The translations under genes and the position numbers were made by a program. Source: Octopus sinensis (taxonomy: Eukaryota). From it: a stretch of 64,000 nt of DNA. The DNA lies in contig NC_043009.1 in assembly GCF_006345805.1 (NCBI RefSeq), positions 14,074,001 to 14,138,000 of the forward strand. The letters run 5' to 3'. Below the pieces are notes generated by a model. The model was not told the origin of the DNA and searched no databases. It saw only the letters and a list, made by a program, of their open reading frames with translations. This document shows positions 55,039-64,000 of the stretch, piece after piece (position 1 is the stretch's first letter; every line of letters begins with the position of its first letter).

Positions 55039-55527
55039 TCAGGTCACTTTTCATTTTTTATTTGCCAGCCACTAATATTTAAACAGGCCACTGCTGGTAT
55101 GAAGCACCTGGTAAATTTTCTGAATGATCACAGAACTTTGTAGAAGTACATACCGTAGTTGTAGATTGGTCAGTTACGGTCCTAGTGATGAAGGAACGTC
55201 CGGCACGGCAGAGAGATAGTATATCTCTGGGGTTTGCCAATAAAAAAAAACAGGGAACAGTTCAGCGTTCTACTGCAGGGATGGAGGTGGGGAGAGAGCA
55301 CCAGCGATTTCTCTTTTGATGTCCGATACTGTCCTAAGATGAAAAGCGGTGAAGCATTCTACGGTGATGGTGGTGGTGGTGTTGATGGTGGTGGCGGTTG
55401 TAAGGAAGGTGGTAAAGGCGCTGGTGATTGTAGCGTTGCCGGTGGTGGTGTGTTTGTGATAGCGGTGGTTGTGATGATTATGGAAAACCATGGTGGTTGT
55501 GGTTTGTGGTGATGGTTATATTGTCAA

Positions 55528-55757
55528 GGCGGCGAGCTGGCAGAATCGTTAGGACGCCGGACGAAATGCCTAGCGGCATTTCGTCTGCTGCTGCGTTCTG
55601 AGTTCAAATTCCGCCGAGGTCGACTTTGCCTTTCATCCTTTCGGGGTCGATTAAATAAGTACCAGTAATGCACTGGGGCCGATATAATCGACTTAATCCG
55701 TTTGTTTGTCCTTGTTTGTCCACTCTGTGCTTAGTCCCTTGTGGGCAATAAAGAAAC
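55528..55757 (+). mobile_element. SINE family A, full length
   Basis: GGCGGCGAGCTGGCAGAATCG head, GTTCAAATTCC B box; 11-bp TSD GGTTATATTGT at 55514 and 55759. Confidence 0.93.
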
Positions 55758-56017
55758 AGGTTATATTGTTGATGTTGGTAGCGTTGGTGAACTTGCCGAT
55801 GTTTCTTGTATTGTTGATGATGATGGTTTTGATGCTGATGGTGATGATGCTGCTGGAAGTAGCGATTTTAGCAATGTTAGCGGTAGTTATGATGCTGATG
55901 ATGGTAGCGTTGGTCATAGTGATGATGATGTTTTGGCGACAATGACAGAGATGAACAATAAACCCTTCTGTTTAGTGATACAGAAAATTTTATTTAAATT
56001 AAATCATAGTTAATCAT

Positions 56018-56415
56018 AGGCACAGGAGTGGCTGTGTGGTATGTAGCTTGCTTACCAACAACATGGTTCTGGGTTCAGTCCCACTGCGTGGCACCTTGCA
56101 CAAGTGTCTTCTACTATAGCCTCGGGCCAACCAAAGCCTTGTGAGTGGATTTGGTAGACAGAAACGGAAGGAAGCCTGTCATATATATGTATGTGTGTGT
56201 GTATGTTTGTGTGTCTGTGTTTGTCCTCCCAACATCACTTGACAACCGATGGTAGTGTGTTTACGTCCCCGTAACTTAGCGGTTCGGCAAATGAGACCGA
56301 TAGAATAAGTACTAGGTTTACAAAGAATAAGTCCTGGGGTTGATTTGCTCGACTAAAGGCGGTGCTCCAGCATGGCCGCAGTCAAATGACTGAAACAAGT
56401 AAAAGTGTAAAAGAG
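56018..56415 (+). mobile_element. SINE family B composite, full length
   Basis: tRNA-like head (GTGGCTGTGTGG...GGTTCAGTCCC), TA/TG spacer, 3' module ending ACAAGTAAAAGTGTAAAAGAG. Confidence 0.93.
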
Positions 56416-56461
56416 TTCTATTCACCAGTTTTTTCTTTTCACTTATATCATTCATCTTTTC

Positions 56462-57312
56462 GGATGTAGTTGGTTTGGCTGCCACCATTTCAAAAATTAA
56501 AGTTTATCGAAGACTTTAAAAATTTGGCACAGTAATATATTTTTCTAAGCTGAATTGCTGAAGTTATTTCACGTTTTCCGGGTAAACGTTTTTAAAAGGT
56601 CACAGAGGTTTAAAATTTGATCGTTTTCACCCAGCTACAAATACAATTTGGAAGCTGTTATTTTGTGCGTGACTGCACGTGTTAAATCCTTAAATCCTTT
56701 AAAATGTTTTAGCTCGAAGGCCGCGGCCGTGCTGGGGCACCACCGCTGGATTTTTTTGTTGTCAACATTCTGAAAGTAGCACGTGTATTTACATGAAACT
56801 AAACAAATCAAATTCTGCTTAAAGTATGACATATTGCCCCTCGTAACTTTTTAAAAATTTGGAATTTTCAGAACATTTTTGCGAATTTGTACTGTACACA
56901 CGGGAATTATTAAAAAAAATTTTAAGGGGCGGGGGCAAGATTTAAGGCCTATTTAGCTGTTATTTCTAGTACATTTCACGACCAGGGTACAAGCAATAGA
57001 TGGGCACAAGCAACAAAACACAGCGTCAACGCATGTGGCATCGCATAGAATATATTTGTCAACACACGTGCTTTCTCTCTGACAAAAGAGTGCTCATGTT
57101 TGGCTTGCTACTATGGAAACACGCCATGGATGGGACTATGGCTTTCGTTTGGCTAAAATTACCCAAAATTTTCAAACTTTAATTGCCAATAATCTTTTTT
57201 GATTTATACCGAAAATGATTTTCACGCCATTCCTTCGCCTATAGAAGTGTATCATTACACTGAATATGAAATCAATGCGAACAGAAATTGACCGTGGAAG
57301 CCAAACCAACTA
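56462..57312. mobile_element. Non-autonomous relative of the Merlin-like element at 13723
   Basis: TIRs GGATGTAGTTGGTTTGGCTGCCAC / GTGGAAGCCAAACCAACTA (tip lost at the LINE junction); subterminal homology to 13850-14270 and 14900-15150. Confidence 0.82.
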
Positions 57313-60050
57313 GAGGCGCAACAGGGCAACAAAGCCACCATTCGGTCCCTGGTAGATGAACAGGGGCGCGAATTGCTCGAGCCAAGTAAAATGTGTGAGG
57401 CCTTTCAACAGCATTTTGCCCGACTGTTCGGGATGAGTGGCGGGCAAGAACGTAGGGTGGACTTCAGTGCCTACCTACACAGCCTACCACGACTCTCGAC
57501 AAGAGACGCAGGGCGCTGCGAAGGTGCCATCATGGCGGCGGAAGTGCAGGCGATGGCAGGATGCTCGAGGGACAAATCGCCGGGTTTGGATGGTCTACCC
57601 TACGAGCTTTACAGTTGTATGCCAGACTTGTTTGGAGACGTCTTGGCAGCGGTGTACTGCAACTGGCAGCAAAACGGGAGCATTCATGGTTTTGTGAGCC
57701 GAGGAACCGTAACACTGCTGAAGAAAGATCTAAACAAGGGAAATGTAATAGATAACTTTAGGCCCATCACTCTGCTTAATGCAGACTTGAAAATTTTGGC
57801 CAAGGTGTTAGCCAAGAGGTTGGCGCTTGTCATCGAGAAACTGGTCGATAAGGCGACAACGTGCGCCCTGCCGGGCCGGACCTTCCATGACAACCTCCAC
57901 CTGATGCGCTACATCATAGACAGGGTAGTTAACGAACCTGGCATGGGTGGGGCGCTGATCAATTTGGATCAATCGAAAGCTTTCGATAGGGTAGACCATC
58001 GATATTTGGAGGCTGTCCTCAGAGCGGCTGGCTTAGGTCCCGTTTTCCGCGGCTGGATAGCCGCTTTGTACAGAGGCATCCGTTCGGTAAATCGCGTAAA
58101 TGGACATCTATCGAGACCTTTCGACATCGCACGTTCGGTCCGTCAGGGATGCCCCCTCTCGTCGCTTCTATACGTATTGACTCTTGAGCCATTATTGCGG
58201 AAGCTGGCAACTCTGAGGGGCATCCCGCGAGAACTGGGATGCGGGACGAGCGTGTCTGCATACGCGGATGACGTCACCGTCATAGTGTCTAGCCACGAGC
58301 ACATTGAGCAGGTCGGCGAGACACTGAAAAACTACGAAGCGGTGACAGGAGCGAAAATCAACCGGGAAAAGTCAGTGGGCTTGCAACTAGGCACCTGGAA
58401 AAGCAAGCCCATGCCGTCCACCAGCACCTCCATTGTGGGACGCTGGACCGACGGTCCGGTCGAGTTGCTCGGGGTCTGGTTCGGTCCGGACCTCAAAATG
58501 GAGAAGAACTGGAACGAGATAACGAGTAGGGTGGTCACGCTCGCCCGGCAATGGGCCGAGAGGAAACTGTCGCTAAAAGGTCGGGCGGAGGTGGCGAACA
58601 CGTACATCGCGTCCGTCATCTACTACCGCCTGACCATTGTGCCTTGTCCCGACCCTACCATCACCAAACTAGAACGCATTCTCTTTCGCTTCTTGTGGAA
58701 AGGATGCGTCCCGATGGTCAGGCGATCCATTTGCTGTCAACACCCGTTATAAGGAGGACTGGGCATGCCGTAGTTGATGAAGCGCAGACACACGCTGCGA
58801 CTGCAACATCTCAGGCTCTTCGCAGACGAAGGTGAACAGGTGTGATTGCCGTTTGTGAGGCACGCTTTCCCGCAGCTCATCTCCATGACCGAACTGCAAT
58901 CGTGGATCAAAAAGAGGCCGAGGAAGGGCGAATGGCACCGCGAGTGTCGCGTTGCTCTCAAGCAACTCTGCCGTCCTGGGTCAACCTTGATTGACTCCAT
59001 CTCAACCAAAGCATTCTATAGGGGATTAGTGGAGGGGAGGTACGACGACGAGCTCGGGGCGAACCTGGACGTCGACGAGGAATACCTGAGACGCCTGTTC
59101 GGGACGACTTTCGGGCCAGGGCCCATGGACAACTTCCAGAGATCCCTGGCCTGGTAGTGCTACCGACAAGCGCTACCAGTTCGGGATAAGCTCTACAGAC
59201 ACGGCTCGAGAAACACGGGGCCGACCTGCCCGAGATGCGGTCAGAGCGACGAAACCATTCTGCACGCACTCGTGCAGTGTCCAACAATTTCCGACCTGTG
59301 GGCTTATGTCGAACAGCTGCTGTCACGTGTGGGACGAGTCGGTTTATCAGCTGAGTCTATCGTCAATATTGTCACGCCTCATTCCTTCAAACGGGAAGGA
59401 AGAGCTATTTTCATCATCCTTGTGGCTATGGCGAAATAATGTATCTGGTGGACGCGTGTGAAAAGATTGGAGACAAACACTTTCCACTCTGGTCAATCTC
59501 TTATCAACTTCTTCAAGTACCACTTGAAAAGGAAAGTGAGAGTAGAGAGGCAAGTTTTGTCAAGCGAATGTTTTAAAAAGAGATGGGTGAATGTAGCAAG
59601 GATGGCACGTATGAATGACGAAGCCACCTTGAGCATAATCCTATGAACCCAGAAATTGAAAACAGAGGGTTACCCACTTGCAAACAAATGTGGTAACATA
59701 TTACAATATTGACCGAGGTTACCGTGGTCTTTTTCGTAGGCTTTTCTTCCCACGAATAAACCTTATCTGCTTCCCCCTTTACACCGTACATCATGACACT
59801 GTGATACACGATCCCTATTGATCGTTTTTTTTCCTCTTCCCCTTTTTTCCTCTTTTTTCTTCTTTTTTCTTTTTTCTTTTCTTTAGTTTCTTTTCCTTTT
59901 TTTTTCTTTTTTTCTTTTTTCCCTTTTACGATCTCTTTTGATCGAAAACCTACGCCACTTTTTTCTTTGTTTTTTTTCATCCCCCAAAAGAAAAGCTCTA
60001 CCTTGTAATTTGTCCCATCTGTGTGCAGCCCTGTGTGGCCAATAAAGAAA
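57313..60050 (+). mobile_element. 5'-truncated L1-Tx1 clade LINE
   Basis: ORF 57373-58752: KSPGLDGLPYE, NFRPITLLNADLKILAK, LDQSKAFDRV, VRQGCPLS, AYADD, KINREKS; downstream in-frame stops, CPRC...ETILHALVQC zinc knuckle, ORF2 end 59646, pyrimidine-rich 3' UTR, AATAAA. Confidence 0.96.
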
Positions 60051-60051
60051 C

Positions 60052-60066
60052 TTATCTATCTATATT

Positions 60067-60137
<71 letters not shown>

Positions 60138-60160
60138 GTCTGTCTATCAGTTTGTCTATC
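60052..60160. repeat. (TATC)n microsatellite abutting the LINE 3' end
   Basis: Direct reading. Confidence 0.95.
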
Positions 60161-60254
60161 TCTAGGCGTACTCACGTGCAGACACGCGTACACATGCTCT
60201 CAGACACAAACAAATACGCGCATATGTACACACATATCTACATTATATGGAAGC

Positions 60255-61093
60255 ATGCGAGCAAGAGAAATATTCTTAAGATTATAAAACTGGAAATGTA
60301 CAGGACAAGTTATTACACATGGACAAGTATTGTACATGTTATTATACATGGAGAAGTTCAGGACAAGTTATTACATTTGGTAAAGTACAGAACAACAAAA
60401 TTTTTACATAAAATATAACAGTCAAGGATAAAATATCAAAAATATTTTGATTTAAAAAATATTAGCTTTTATTAAAGCTAAAAGAAAAAAATTATTACAA
60501 GTTATTACTTCTATTTGTTACTTCTATTAAAAATTTAGAAAAATAAGTCAAAATATTTTTTGCACTTTAAAAAAATTCATTTTTAAAATTATTAATTGAT
60601 AATTAGAAATTTGAAATAGGTTATAAAAAATAATAGTAGTACATAATTAGTTAGTACAATAAATAGAATGATACAAAAATTAGTTATATATTACAGTAAA
60701 ATCTACCTATAACAACAAATTCACAGTAAAATTTGCTTGAGTTATTGCCAAGTCTTCACATGCCTATTTTTTACATAATGAATTTGCCTACCATATACAC
60801 TATTCTACTTTGCATAAAACTTTAGCTATAATTGGTACTTCTGGCTCTTTGGTGTGTTAATATTTTAATAAAATGATGGTACCTTTTTTAATTATAATGT
60901 TACTTATTAAATTAAAATCAAATAATTTTTAATATTCAACTTTTATCCTTAGCTGTAATATTTTAAGTAAAACTTTTCTTGTTCTGTACTTTACCAGATG
61001 TAATAACTTGTCCAGAAATTTTCCAAGTGTAATAACTTGTCCTATACTTTTCCAGTTTTATAATCTTAAGAATACTATTTCTCTTGCTCGCAT
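60255..61093. mobile_element. Foldback/MITE-like element with ~190-bp imperfect TIRs
   Basis: ATGCGAGCAAGAGAAAT...GGACAAGTTATTACA...AAGGATAAAA (60255-60455) mirrored at ~60910-61093; internal GGACAAGTTATTACA subrepeats. Confidence 0.85.
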
Positions 61094-63186
61094 TTTCCCG
61101 TGTTATCCATGTTTTTTCCAGGCTAAGCGACTATGCTAATTAATAACGTGTCAAATTTGTCAATTAGCGGTGTCGTTAATGATTGTTTCTTTACCGCAAT
61201 GATGCTGGTGACATGTATCAAAAAGTCCTCTTATAGAACTATATTCATAACAATATAGACCTATAATATCACCCTCAAATTTGAGAAACAAACACTCATA
61301 ACTTTTTTCTTTTAAAACGCTATTGCATGAGATTGATACACTAAATTTCCTCGAATTGAATTCTGTCATTTAAATTCATTTAAAATAAAGTTAGTTTCTT
61401 AAAATAAAAAAGTTAATTATATTTAAATCCAATTTTTTGCCTTATATTTTTTTCCTGATATTTTACCTCACAACTTTTTTGATACATATTTTTGTTGCAT
61501 GGGGCCAACACTTTGAAAATTTTCAGGCTTTTTTTTATCATTGAAGCTAAGATAGATATATTTTGCTTTTAATATATAGAAGTTATTTAAATTTAAACTT
61601 GATTGGTGGCGTTACTTACTCTCCTATAGAGTTGCTGCAAATGTTCATGTAAACTTTTTTTCTAGTGGACCAAATCTCAATTTTTTATGTCAAAATTTAG
61701 CTAGGGACCAGTCTTCTTCAAAGATGTTAACAGTTTCCAATTTGGTCCAGAACTAAATTTGCGACAAGCTCTGAATGAGGGTGCGTGTGAGTAAATTGCG
61801 GCCTTAAGAATATTCAACTACTACCGTAGATGAATGATACATATATGCAGCGTGCATACATGCATGCACATACACAAACACCACACACAACACCCTAGAA
61901 TACACAAACACACAAACGTATTGGTAATTAGTAAGGGATTTTTCCAAACGTTTACCAGTTTGCTTCCAGTTTTATATTCAAAATAGGTTTTTCGGCAGTT
62001 AGCATCTAAATCCAGTAATAATTGTCATAAAATAAGGATTTAGAGATATATTCCGTTAAATAATTCTAAGTACATTACCTTAAAAGGATTTACAGGTAAA
62101 GCTAATGCTATATCGTAATAATCCTCATTATTATTCTTATATATATATATCTTATATAATAAAATATAGTTTGTAACTGTGTAAGTGTATGTGTGTAAGG
62201 ATGCTCCTTATGCATTCGAAAACTGAGTAGCCGATTTTGACGTTTGAGGTATCAAAAGATTCAGTAATCTTTCGGCTACCAAATAAACTATGTTTGTTGG
62301 CACAACAACACTTTTTTCTTACAAAAATAACCTCGGAAACAAGGTTGGGTCGCACAATTTTGAGGTCTTTAGCTAAGGGAGGCAGCTCTGCCAGAACAAT
62401 CATAAAATAGATGGAGTTTTACCAGGGAATAAAACTTTAGTAAATAATCTTTTGATGTGAAGTATATTTGTATTTTGTTTAGCCCAGAGATGCATAGTTT
62501 TATTTTCTTCCTGAAATACTGTAAATCTATGTCTTTCTTTTAACGAAAGTGTATGTTTTAAAAGAGATTTGGCTGCTATTTGTAGTAGTTCATGTTACCA
62601 CAGACTATTTTGCACAATAATTTTAAAAGAAATCTGGACACCTTTCTTACTGCTATCATTCAACTTCAAATTACAATTGTTAATTGCTGGAAGTCAAGTA
62701 GACTGAGTGTTATCGTATTGAGTAGAAATTCAATATGAAGTTTTGAACTCATTATCTTTTGGGTTACCTTAAATTTGAAGCCATTAAGTCTTTAAACATT
62801 ATTTTACTGGCTTTAGTCTTTCGACTGTCGCCATAATGAGATATCACTTTAAAAAATTACTCATACGGATCGCAGTACGTACTTCAGTTTGGAATTTATT
62901 TTACAGATCTATACTTGATGAACTGCTAACTTTAAGACATAGTAGGACACAATACTCGATTTAACGATAAAGGTAAACACACAAACACACACACATACAC
63001 ACACATTAAGTGCAATAATAACCGTGTAGTTCCACGTTCAGTCCCTCTGCATGATACCTCTGACAACCACAGTCTTGTGACTTAATTTGGTAGACGGAAA
63101 CTGCAACGTTGTTCACCAGAAGATGACCTAAAAACATGTTTATTAAGACGTTCTTTTCTTTTTTTTTCTCCCTCCTCCTAAATGGA

Positions 63187-63260
63187 GCAGCTGCTGAACC
63201 TAGACTCTGCAGCTGCTGAACCTAGACTCTGCAGCTGCACAACTTGAACTCCGCAGCTGC
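63187..63260. repeat. 22-bp tandem repeat, ~3 copies
   Basis: GCAGCTGCTGAACCTAGACTCT twice exactly plus a degenerate third copy. Confidence 0.85.
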
Positions 63261-63851
63261 TAGATTGATTACAAACTACGAGTTAGCAATTGTTAATTTA
63301 CCTCACCTCTTTGCCAATATTTCAATTAATTCAAGAAATTATGAGGAGTGTTAGAGACATAGGGACCAAGATATGTTTCAAGTGTGATCTGAAAATCTTG
63401 TACCAGAGTTTAAGACAATGAAAGCCTCATATCATTATGCAAACCATTTTTTTTTTACCTTTCGTTACACTGTGCTTCCAAAGCCTACACTAACTGCCAT
63501 GTTATTTATAAAGTTAATCGGAAATATATTTCCATAATTTAACGATAGTTTCCTTCTCCTAAATAACGAATTTCAAAAATTTTCAAATATCAATCCTCAA
63601 TAAATTTTTGACATTTTCTGCAGAAGATGGCTTATACTTGAACAGGTGAAAATCATGTTTGGAAAATTGGTCTGGTCTTATCTTTTATCTAACTGATTGA
63701 GAAAATGGTGCTCGAAATGCTTCAACAATTTTAGAGGCTTTACAAAATTGCTTTTAGAAAATATATTTCGCATGAAACAGCTTACGTTGAAGTTTAAAGC
63801 AAATATATCAAGAATTGATGATTATCATTACAGCAATGTAACTGTTGGGCA

Positions 63852-63929
63852 TTACTACCGCTTTTAACCCGAGGAAGAGCCTTCTCCAATAGCCGGAAGA
63901 GGCTCTTGCGGGGTTAAAAACGGTAGTAA
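63852..63929. repeat. Hairpin with ~30-bp imperfect arms
   Basis: TTACTACCGCTTTTAACCC...AAGAGCCT / AGGCTCTT...GGGTTAAAAACGGTAGTAA. Confidence 0.85.
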
Positions 63930-64000
63930 CATTGAAATATGGCGATAAACATTACTTCACAGTATAATTACTATTTCCATCTCTTATAGAGATTTTCTGT

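Noticed and set aside
55528-56100. tRNA genes at SINE heads
   Set aside because: A/B-box-like motifs run into SINE bodies and no complete cloverleaf is evident.
57373-58752. 459-aa ORF as a host gene or active element
   Set aside because: It is LINE RT lacking the endonuclease, with in-frame stops downstream.

Overview
Repeat-dominated, AT-rich eukaryotic DNA with no host protein-coding gene that I can support. The SINE families and extreme microsatellite load suggest an octopus genome (recall plus inference, not a database result). Almost all listed ORFs are microsatellite translation artefacts. The real coding remnants are decayed transposons: a 5'-truncated L1-Tx1 LINE (57.3-60.05 kb), RTE LINEs, CR1 and R4/Dong-like fragments, three mariner copies (one split by a solo LTR), Tigger/pogo and Tc1 fragments, a Merlin derivative with related MITEs, hAT MITEs and Helitrons, plus many tRNA-derived SINEs. 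The most interesting unannotated signal is about ten minimal type-I hammerhead-ribozyme-like motifs from several sequence families. They sit in short islands within microsatellite tracts, often carry a CCGANGA core variant, and some have fold-back inverted copies, as in Penelope-like element termini or retrozymes. One SINE family also shares its 3' tail with the L1-Tx1 LINE in this window.
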